DNA from: Candidatus Opitulatrix cubana | GTDB taxonomy: Bacteria; Actinomycetota; Actinomycetes; Actinomycetales; Bifidobacteriaceae | Direction of reading: 5' to 3' | Assembly: GCA_031283665.1 (NCBI GenBank) | Contig: JAITBJ010000017.1 | Location: forward strand, 1 to 33,521 | Length of the DNA: 33,521 nucleotides | In this document: positions 24,430-31,941 of the stretch, piece after piece | Numbering within the stretch: position 1 is the first letter of the stretch | Layout of the letters: each line of letters opens with the position of its first letter | Notes under the pieces: model-generated | The model's database searches: none | The model's input: the letters and a program-made list of their open reading frames with translations, nothing else | What the model was told of the DNA's origin: nothing | Position numbers and translations under genes: made by a program

Positions 24430-25704
24430 ATGACAAAAAGCAGTATGCAAAACTCATTGTTTGCCACTTCTGTTTTTAATTCATCTTTTCCAGAATCTGA
24501 TATTGAATATAACGGCAGAAAGCTAATTTATTTAGATACTGCTGCTTCAGCGCTAAAACCTAAAAGCGTTATAGAACTTGAAAGTTTATTTAATATAAGC
24601 TCCTATGCAAATATATCTCGCGGAATAAGTTCTTTATCTACAAAAGCTACTGAACTTTATGAACAAGCCCGGCAAAACACTTTAAATCTTATAACATCAA
24701 AACCAGATGATGCTGCTTTAATTATTACAAGCGGCGCGACTCAATCACTGAATCTTGCTGCTAATTATTATTCAAATAAATTAAAAAAAGATGATGAAAT
24801 AATAATTAGCATAGCCGAGCATCATTCAAATTTGCTGCCCTGGAAAGCTCTTGCAGATAAAACAGGAGCTGCGTTAAAGATAGCTAATGTGGATGATAAT
24901 GGAAGAATCACAGTAGATAGTGTGATAGACAAAATATCTAAAAACACAAAAGTGGCGGCACTTGCTCATATTTCAAATGTTACAGGTGCAATTGCTCCAC
25001 TGAAAAAAATTAGCGAAGCAGTCCATAAAGTAGGTGCCGACTTGATAGTTGATGCTGCACAATCTGTAGGGCATATTGAAGTTGATTTATTTGATATAGA
25101 TTGCGAAATGGCAGCATTTTCTGCTCATAAAGTTTATGGACCAACAGGTTTAGGATTTCTTTACTGCAAAAAAGAGCTGCTTCCAAATTTCCCAAACTTT
25201 ATTGTTGGCGGTGGAACTGTAGATGATGTTTATTTTGAGAAAACTAATAATAATTCTAATAGTTTAGAAGTTGTTTATAAAAATGGAATTGCTCATCTTG
25301 AAGCAGGTACACCGCCTATTTCACAAATGATAGCATTTGGAGAGATTGTAAATAAATTGAATAAAACTTCTTTTGAAACGATTGAAAATTATGAGAGTAA
25401 AATTGCTGAAAAACTTCTTGAGGTTCAAAATATAAACGGTATAAAAATAATAGGACCAAAAGCGCTAGATAATAGAATAGGAATAATTTCATTTTTTCAC
25501 GAAAGCGTTCATCCGCATGACTTAGGCCAGTTTCTTGATGATTTGTCAATTGTTTGCAGAGTAGGGCATAATTGCGCCGCTCCTATACATAAGCGATTTG
25601 GCGCGAATGCATCTGTGAGATTTTCTGCTGGAGTTTATAACACACTTGCTGAAGCGCAAACGGCTGTGGAAGGTGTAAAAGAGGCTATAAGATTTTTGAG
25701 TTAA
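24430..25704 (+). CDS. Cysteine desulfurase, class V aminotransferase (SufS/NifS-like)
   Basis: YLD.AA..LKP is present, with HHSNL.PW, the PLP-lysine SAHKVYGPTGLGFLY, and the catalytic Cys in RVGHNCAAP. Confidence 0.85.
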   Translation: MTKSSMQNSLFATSVFNSSFPESDIEYNGRKLIYLDTAASALKPKSVIELESLFNISSYANISRGISSLSTKATELYEQARQNTLNLITSKPDDAALIITSGATQSLNLAANYYSNKLKKDDEIIISIAEHHSNLLPWKALADKTGAALKIANVDDNGRITVDSVIDKISKNTKVAALAHISNVTGAIAPLKKISEAVHKVGADLIVDAAQSVGHIEVDLFDIDCEMAAFSAHKVYGPTGLGFLYCKKELLPNFPNFIVGGGTVDDVYFEKTNNNSNSLEVVYKNGIAHLEAGTPPISQMIAFGEIVNKLNKTSFETIENYESKIAEKLLEVQNINGIKIIGPKALDNRIGIISFFHESVHPHDLGQFLDDLSIVCRVGHNCAAPIHKRFGANASVRFSAGVYNTLAEAQTAVEGVKEAIRFLS

Positions 25705-25709
25705 CCATG

Positions 25710-25726
25710 AATAAAGTTGCTTTATT
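25710..25726. terminator. Weak AT-rich hairpin between the convergent desulfurase and TPM genes
   Basis: AATAAAG-ttg-CTTTATT forms a 7-bp stem with a 3-nt loop, flanked by T/A runs on both strands. It is thermodynamically weak. Confidence 0.25.
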
Positions 25727-25729
25727 TAT

Positions 25730-26407
25730 TTATTCAATTCTTGGAACAGTCTCAATTCTCTTTAGTCGCTTTGGTTTATCTTTACTTTTTTGCAGTTTTT
25801 TTCTGAAAATAAATAAATAAAGCAATCCCGCAATAGCTCCGATAATTATTAGTGTAATTACAGCAATTATGAACGGTGACAAACTGTTAGCATCGGCTTG
25901 TGCAGTGATTTCTTTTGTAAACTCAATTACAGCTTCTGACCAAGCAGATACTGAAAGCAGCTGAACTACAGATGGCGAAACTGTTTCTAAATTGCGTTTT
26001 GAGAGTTTTTCACTATTTTTCGGTATAAAAATAGCTGTTTTCCCGCTTTGAGTAGCTACTGCAAATAAAACTGACTGACTATCTAAGTTTGACATTGCTG
26101 CAGTTTGATCTATCCAAGCATCAGGATCGGGAGGATTAGAAAAATCTGGCACAAATATGCAGTACACTTTTATATTTGACTGCTCCTGCGCTTTTTGAAA
26201 TATAGACAAAATTTGCGGTTTGTCTGCAGCTAATAAATTATTTGGATCTGTGATTTGTGATGATATTAAAATAGGATCATATTTGGTCTTTGTAGCACTA
26301 GTAGAATCATCTGCATATGAGTGATTTACATTTGCAAATCCATACGCTCCTCCAATAATAGGAAGCAAACTTATAAAACCAATAATTATATAGTATACTT
26401 TCTTCAC
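25730..26407 (-). CDS. TPM-domain (DUF477-like) membrane protein
   Basis: The start is GTG. An N-terminal signal or TM segment is followed by ITDPNNLL......I...........K.Y..FV.......D..AW.......NL.....LF.VAT.S....IF. A C-terminal TM and basic tail complete the typical TPM architecture. Confidence 0.7.
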   Translation of the reverse strand: MKKVYYIIIGFISLLPIIGGAYGFANVNHSYADDSTSATKTKYDPILISSQITDPNNLLAADKPQILSIFQKAQEQSNIKVYCIFVPDFSNPPDPDAWIDQTAAMSNLDSQSVLFAVATQSGKTAIFIPKNSEKLSKRNLETVSPSVVQLLSVSAWSEAVIEFTKEITAQADANSLSPFIIAVITLIIIGAIAGLLYLFIFRKKLQKSKDKPKRLKRIETVPRIE

Positions 26408-26413
26408 TATTAT

Positions 26414-26422
26414 ATTGTATCA
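26414..26422 (-). promoter_or_regulatory. Extended -10 box TGATACAAT (minus strand), 6 nt upstream of the GTG start at 26407
   Basis: The minus strand reads TGA-TACAAT-ATAATA-GTG. This is the same 9-mer as the cdd promoter. Confidence 0.45.
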
Positions 26423-26449
26423 CAATTTAGCACTATATTTTAGTGTAAT

Positions 26450-27658
26450 TTAACTGGAAAGTTTTAAAAATTTCCCCCATATAAAAGATATTATAACCCA
26501 AGCAAACATGCACGCTACTAACGCTATCATACAACCTTGAATAGATATATTGTCAATTGTGATTCCTGCAATAAGTGAGCCTAAAGCTGTTCCTAGATTT
26601 ACCGCTGATGAAAGCCAAGAGAAGCCTTGCGTTAGGCGAGCATCTGGAACAGTGTCGCGAATTAAAGTATTTAGCACAGTGAAAATAGGAGCAATCGCAG
26701 CTGATGAACAAAAAACTATAATCGGTATAAAATATAAATTGTTATATAAATATATATAATTTATCAAAATCACAATATCAATTCCTAATAAAATTACCAT
26801 TCTTTTTGTTTGTGCGAGCTTTATATGAATAAGTCCGTAAAGCAGACCAGCTACTAATGAAGCTACAGAGCCTATAGCAAGAATAAACCCTGAAATAGTT
26901 GATAACCCTGCATGTGTGTAAATAGCAGGAATTGTTACATTTATAATACCAAAGTTTATACCTAAAACCCCAGCTCCTGCTATGCAATATGATACTCCGT
27001 GTATTTTGATTAGAGGCTTTACAAAGTCTTTATCTTTTTGTTTTTGCTCTTTTGAGATTTGAAGTATAGGAGGTTCGGAAGATTTTAGATTATAAAATAC
27101 GATATTGAAAATGCCTGCAATTGCTACAACAATTACTAATGAAATAATAGGATATGCTCCTGTGGCTAAAATCACACCTATTACAGGTCCTAGAATATAT
27201 ACAAAATCATCTGCTGCTGTTTCAAAAGCATAAGCTGTGTGCAAATGTTTAGGATTTTTTACAATATAATTCCATCGCATTCTAGTTAGAGATCCATAAT
27301 AGTATTGAGAAGCTCCTGTTAGAGCAGTGAAAATAAATAACCAAGGCAAGGGAGCAGAATATAAAAATGAAAAAATTACTCCTAACATAGATGCTATATA
27401 GATAATTGTTAATCTAATACTGATATATGATTGACCCCATTTGTCAATTAGTGCTGCTATAAACGGAACAGAAACAGCGTACGTTAGCGCCACTGTAGAG
27501 CTCAAAGCAGCAGGAATTGTCCAAGAGGAAGTATAATGATATGCCACAAATAATATAGCCATTTGATAAATAGGCTGTGGAAAACGACAAAAAATCCCAA
27601 TAAATGCAAAACGGAATGCACCTGGATATTTGAAAACTTTTTTATATGGTGTGAACAT
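26450..27658 (-). CDS. MFS transporter, a paralogue of the 15802-17025 gene
   Basis: 402 aa and 12-TM-like. It shares family-specific N-terminal and TM5-6 motifs with the other MFS. It lies only 14 nt downstream of pgm, so it is probably co-transcribed. Confidence 0.85.
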   Translation of the reverse strand: MFTPYKKVFKYPGAFRFAFIGIFCRFPQPIYQMAILFVAYHYTSSWTIPAALSSTVALTYAVSVPFIAALIDKWGQSYISIRLTIIYIASMLGVIFSFLYSAPLPWLFIFTALTGASQYYYGSLTRMRWNYIVKNPKHLHTAYAFETAADDFVYILGPVIGVILATGAYPIISLVIVVAIAGIFNIVFYNLKSSEPPILQISKEQKQKDKDFVKPLIKIHGVSYCIAGAGVLGINFGIINVTIPAIYTHAGLSTISGFILAIGSVASLVAGLLYGLIHIKLAQTKRMVILLGIDIVILINYIYLYNNLYFIPIIVFCSSAAIAPIFTVLNTLIRDTVPDARLTQGFSWLSSAVNLGTALGSLIAGITIDNISIQGCMIALVACMFAWVIISFIWGKFLKLSS

Positions 27659-27672
27659 TTTATTTTTGGATT

Positions 27673-29352
27673 TTATTTCAGAGATTCATCTACTACTTTT
27701 TTAGCTTCTTTTTGTACTAAATGCAAATTGTCTTCTGATATAAATGACTCTGCATAGATTTTATAAACATTTTCTGTGCCAGATGGGCGCGCTGTAAACC
27801 ACGCATCACGCGTTTCCACTTTTAGGCCTCCAATAGCAGCATCGTTTCCAGGTGCTTTTGTCAATTTATTAGTAATTTGCTCTCCTGCAAGAGTGGCAGA
27901 TTTCACATCATCAACTTTTAAAGATTTTAATTTTGCTTTTTGTTCAAGTGTGGCAGCAGAATCTATTCTTTCATAATAAGGTGTCCCATATTTTTCAGTC
28001 AGTTCATTATATAAATCAGATGGTGATTTTTCAGTTTTGCTCATAATTTCGCTAGCTAACAGATCTAAAATCATCCCATCTTTGTCTGTGGTCCAGACGC
28101 TTCCGTCTAATTTCAAAAATGATGCACCAGCCGATTCCTCACCGCCAAAACCAATTGTCCCGTTTATTAGTCCGTCCACAAACCACTTAAATCCTACAGG
28201 CACTTCTAATAATTTTCTACCGTTTCCTGCTACTACATTGTCTATAATCCTTGAAGAGACTAGCGTTTTGCCTACGCTTATATTGCTATTCCAGTTTCCT
28301 CTGTTTTCAGAATTGAAAAGATAATTTATAGTTACTGCTAAATAATGATTTGGATTCATTAAACCTGTTTTAGTTACAATTCCGTGGCGATCTGAATCAG
28401 CGTCATTTCCTGTAGCAATATCGTATTTATTAGAGGTTTTCATAATTTGAGCAAGACCAGCCATAGCGTAAACAGATGAGCAGTCCATACGGATTTTTTC
28501 ATCCCAATCAAGATGCATAAACGCCCATTGCGGATCTACTTTATCATTGACCACATCTAAATTGAGTTTATAGTATTCACTTATCATTTCCCAGTATTCT
28601 ACTGATGCACCGCCGAGCGGGTCCGCGCCAATATGAAGTCCACTTGATTGAATCAGATCCATATTTATTATATTTTGCAAATCTTCTACATAATTTGCTC
28701 TAAAATCATAACTTTTTATTAGTTCAGAATCTTTTGCGCGAGTATACGGTTTACGGTTTACACCCTCCATATTTTTTGAAAGTATTTCGTTTGCGCGAGC
28801 AGCTATCCAATTTGTGACATCTGTGTCCGCTGGTCCTCCATTTGGCGGGTTGTATTTAAAGCCACCATCTGATGGCGGATTATGAGATGGTGTCACTACT
28901 ATTCCGTCTGCCGCATTAGAGCCTGACAAACGCAAACTGCCATCAGAGTTTTTATTATATTTCAAAATTGCGTGTGAGAGCGATGGGGTCGGAGTCCAAG
29001 AAAGTCTGGAATCTGTAAACACTTTTACATTATTGGCTACTAGCACCTCTATAGCAGATTTGTATGCTGGCATAGATAAGCAATGTGTGTCAAAAGCTAT
29101 AAAAAGAGGGCCGCCAATGTTATGACTTTTTCTATATTCGCATATTGCTTGAGTGATGGCTAAAATATGATTTTCATTAAATGATTTTGTCAGAGATGAT
29201 CCTCTATGCCCTGAAGTGCCAAATACCACTTTTTGAGTTTCTTCATTTACATCAGGCTTTAGATCATAGTATTTTCCTAACACATCATCCACATTTATAA
29301 GATCTTTTTTTTCTGCTAATTGCCCTGCTCTATTATTACTGCTATTTACCAT
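27673..29352 (-). CDS. pgm: Phosphoglucomutase, alpha-D-glucose phosphate-specific
   Basis: 559 aa with NRAGQ.A...DLINV, FGTSGHRG, the active-site loop VTPSHNPP.DGGFKYN, GADPLGGA, GNDADSDRHG, GGEESAG and RPSGTE. Confidence 0.95.
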   Translation of the reverse strand: MVNSSNNRAGQLAEKKDLINVDDVLGKYYDLKPDVNEETQKVVFGTSGHRGSSLTKSFNENHILAITQAICEYRKSHNIGGPLFIAFDTHCLSMPAYKSAIEVLVANNVKVFTDSRLSWTPTPSLSHAILKYNKNSDGSLRLSGSNAADGIVVTPSHNPPSDGGFKYNPPNGGPADTDVTNWIAARANEILSKNMEGVNRKPYTRAKDSELIKSYDFRANYVEDLQNIINMDLIQSSGLHIGADPLGGASVEYWEMISEYYKLNLDVVNDKVDPQWAFMHLDWDEKIRMDCSSVYAMAGLAQIMKTSNKYDIATGNDADSDRHGIVTKTGLMNPNHYLAVTINYLFNSENRGNWNSNISVGKTLVSSRIIDNVVAGNGRKLLEVPVGFKWFVDGLINGTIGFGGEESAGASFLKLDGSVWTTDKDGMILDLLASEIMSKTEKSPSDLYNELTEKYGTPYYERIDSAATLEQKAKLKSLKVDDVKSATLAGEQITNKLTKAPGNDAAIGGLKVETRDAWFTARPSGTENVYKIYAESFISEDNLHLVQKEAKKVVDESLK

Positions 29353-29358
29353 ACATTT

Positions 29359-29367
29359 ATTTTAACA
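29359..29367 (-). promoter_or_regulatory. Extended -10 box TGTTAAAAT (minus strand), 6 nt upstream of the pgm ATG
   Basis: The minus strand reads TGT-TAAAAT-AAATGT-ATG(29352). Confidence 0.45.
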
Positions 29368-29383
29368 TATTAGATGGATTTTA

Positions 29384-30667
29384 CTATGAAGGATACGAAT
29401 CAGATAATTCTTTTCTAATAAATGAACCTGTGGGGATAGGGAAGTGGGTATTTTCAGCGTTTTCAAACTCTAATAGCACCTTTTCCATGGGTTTATTTGA
29501 AACTGTTATAGCTGCATTAGATTTGTCAATTATTTCACAGATTTTAGTTTTAATAGGCTCTTTTCCAGGCATTATAATTTCAACGGTATCACCTGTTTGA
29601 AAATAATTTCTTGTTTCTATAAGTGCTTTTGAATTACTTTGCACTCCGCCGGGCTTTTCAATAACATTCCCTAGCAATTTATAATTTCTAATATAACCAG
29701 TATTATAGGTTTGGGACGGCGGAGTGCGTCTGCCCTCACTCATTTTTCCTGAATAATAAAAGCCGGTAGAATATGCACGGTGTGAAACATTATTAACTTC
29801 TTCTAGTGCCCATTTTGGAGCAGGCTGATTATTATAATATGAGTCAATTGCCACTCTATAAGCGTTTGTGATTGCTCCTGTATAATAAGCAGATTTTGCT
29901 CTACCCTCTATTTTTAAACTTTTTACACCAGCATTTACTAAATCATCTATATGCTCTATCATACACATATCTTGTGCGTTCATAATAGTAGTTCCAGTTT
30001 GGTCCTCTATCAAATCTATAGGCATATTATCGCGTTTAGCCTCCACTATTTTATATTCCCATCTGCAAGCTTGAGGGCAGTCTCCATGATTTGCATCTCT
30101 ACCTGTTAAATACTGCGCTAATAAACATCTACCTGAAAAACTCATACACATAGCACCGTGAACAAAACATTCTATCTCTAAATTAGCTGGAGTTTTTTCA
30201 CAAATTAGAGCAATATCTTCAATAGATAGCTCTCTTGCAAGCACCACTCTTTTAGCACCAAGCTCATAAAGCTTTTTAGCTGTATAATAATTTGTGACTC
30301 CTGCTTGGGTGGAAATATGTATATCAAGAGCAGGTGCATATTTTTTTGCTAACTCCATAATGCCTATATCAGAAATAATCACAGCATTAGCTTTGCTAGT
30401 ATTCAAAAATGAAAAATAGTTTTTTAGATTTTCAATCTCTTCATTTGACGGTACTATATTCACAGTGATATATGCTTTCACGCCATTTTTGCGTGCAAAC
30501 TCTAGACCTTTTTCAAAATCAGATTCTGAAAAATTTTTCGATGCTGTTCTCATACCAAAGTTTTTGTCAGCAAAATAAACCGCATCAGCGCCAAAAGCTA
30601 TAGCAGATTTTAGTGAGTCTAATTCACCAGCAGGGGAGAGCAGTTCAACTTTTTCATATTTTGCCAT
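29384..30667 (-). CDS. Peptidase U32 family protein (collagenase-like; RlhA/TrhP-type family)
   Basis: The U32 signature block ECFVHGAMCMSFSGRCLLAQYLTGRDANHGDCPQACRW and KIEGR are present. Confidence 0.88.
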   Translation of the reverse strand: MAKYEKVELLSPAGELDSLKSAIAFGADAVYFADKNFGMRTASKNFSESDFEKGLEFARKNGVKAYITVNIVPSNEEIENLKNYFSFLNTSKANAVIISDIGIMELAKKYAPALDIHISTQAGVTNYYTAKKLYELGAKRVVLARELSIEDIALICEKTPANLEIECFVHGAMCMSFSGRCLLAQYLTGRDANHGDCPQACRWEYKIVEAKRDNMPIDLIEDQTGTTIMNAQDMCMIEHIDDLVNAGVKSLKIEGRAKSAYYTGAITNAYRVAIDSYYNNQPAPKWALEEVNNVSHRAYSTGFYYSGKMSEGRRTPPSQTYNTGYIRNYKLLGNVIEKPGGVQSNSKALIETRNYFQTGDTVEIIMPGKEPIKTKICEIIDKSNAAITVSNKPMEKVLLEFENAENTHFPIPTGSFIRKELSDSYPS

Positions 30668-30673
30668 ATACTA

Positions 30674-30679
30674 AGTATA
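30674..30679 (-). promoter_or_regulatory. -10 box TATACT (minus strand), 6 nt upstream of the U32 ATG
   Basis: The minus strand reads TATACT-TAGTAT-ATG(30667). A plus-strand TATACT at 30667-30672 lies 9 nt upstream of the divergent MFS ATG (30682). Confidence 0.4.
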
Positions 30680-30681
30680 GT

Positions 30682-31929
30682 ATGAAAAACTCAAAATTGC
30701 AACCAGCAGCTATATGGATAGGCACTGCTTTAGAGAATTATGACTTTGCAATTTATGCAACAGGTGCTGCATTAGTTTTTTCAAAAACATTTTTTCCAAA
30801 TGTGTCATATGAGCTTGGTATTTTGTCATCACTTGGCACTTTTGCAGTAGGCTTTTTTGCACGACCTATTGGCGGTTTTATATTTTCACATATAGGAGAC
30901 ACAAAAGGGAGAAAATCTGTTTTAGTTTTTACGCTTTTTTTAATGGGATTTTCTACATTTGCAATTGGACTTTTACCCGATTACAATACAGCTGGAATTA
31001 TATCACCTATTTTATTAGTGATTTTGAGAGTTTTGCAAGGATTAGGATCGGGAGCAGAGCAGGCTGCTGGATTAGTTTATTTAGCTGAAGCCGCGCCAGA
31101 GGGAAAGAAAGGCAGATGGACCTCAATTGTGTTCGTTGGCACCACAACGGGTACATTTTTGGGCGCGGCAGTTTGGACTATTGTGAAAGTGCTTTCGGGA
31201 AATAGCTTAATTAGCTATTCATGGAGAGCAGTTTTTCTATCATCTATTATTATTACAATAGTAGCGTTTTTTATGAGAATCAAATTGAGTGAAACAGATC
31301 AGTTTTTGAATTTGAAAAAGTCTAAAAAAGTTTCTGCATCCCCAATAAAAAACGCTGGCAAAAAAAGTATTGGTCCAATGTTTAGAGTTTTCCTTGTAAA
31401 TATAGGTGCGAATTCAGCAAGTTATATAGTTCATACTTTTTTTGCCACTTATTTGACAGTTATAGGCATAAATGCAGTGGATGTGCCGCAAATTCTTTTA
31501 GTTTCTGCTGCTTTTTCAATACCTTCAGCTTATATAGGCGGGATTCTTACAGATAAATTAGGAGCAGCACGCTCTCAAAGACTTTTACAATGTGCTACAG
31601 GAGTTTATTTATTTCTAGCATTTGCACTTTTCAACACTCAAAATACTATACTAGTCTATATAGTTACGTCTTTAGGATATGCATTAGTGGCAGCACTAAA
31701 CTCGCCTCAAGGAGTTTATTTTTCCTCTCTTTTTCCAGCATCTTATCGCACTACAGGAGTTACACTGCCGCGTGAGATTTCATCTGCGCTAGGCGGAGGG
31801 CTTTCTCCTTTAATAGCATCTGCATTAGTTTTTGCTACTGGGTCTGCAATCCCTGTTAGCATCTTTTGTGCGGCTTTGCTGCTGGTGAGTTTTCTAGCAA
31901 GCACAAATGTGAAAAAGACAATAATTTGA
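30682..31929 (+). CDS. MFS transporter, metabolite:H+ symporter (MHS) family
   Basis: ENYDFAIYA, RPIGG.IF.HIGD..GRK and the 12-TM layout are typical of ProP/ShiA/KgtP-like MHS transporters. The start was chosen at ATG 30682. The ORF-track start at 30613 would overlap the divergent U32 gene by 55 nt. Confidence 0.85.
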   Translation: MKNSKLQPAAIWIGTALENYDFAIYATGAALVFSKTFFPNVSYELGILSSLGTFAVGFFARPIGGFIFSHIGDTKGRKSVLVFTLFLMGFSTFAIGLLPDYNTAGIISPILLVILRVLQGLGSGAEQAAGLVYLAEAAPEGKKGRWTSIVFVGTTTGTFLGAAVWTIVKVLSGNSLISYSWRAVFLSSIIITIVAFFMRIKLSETDQFLNLKKSKKVSASPIKNAGKKSIGPMFRVFLVNIGANSASYIVHTFFATYLTVIGINAVDVPQILLVSAAFSIPSAYIGGILTDKLGAARSQRLLQCATGVYLFLAFALFNTQNTILVYIVTSLGYALVAALNSPQGVYFSSLFPASYRTTGVTLPREISSALGGGLSPLIASALVFATGSAIPVSIFCAALLLVSFLASTNVKKTII

Positions 31930-31935
31930 TAGACT
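31927..31935 (+). promoter_or_regulatory. Extended -10 box TGATAGACT, 6 nt upstream of the uvrA ATG. Its TGA is the stop codon of the upstream MFS gene.
   Basis: The sequence reads TGA-TAGACT-taattt-ATG(31942). The 9-mer is identical to the tig promoter. Confidence 0.5.
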
Positions 31936-31941
31936 TAATTT

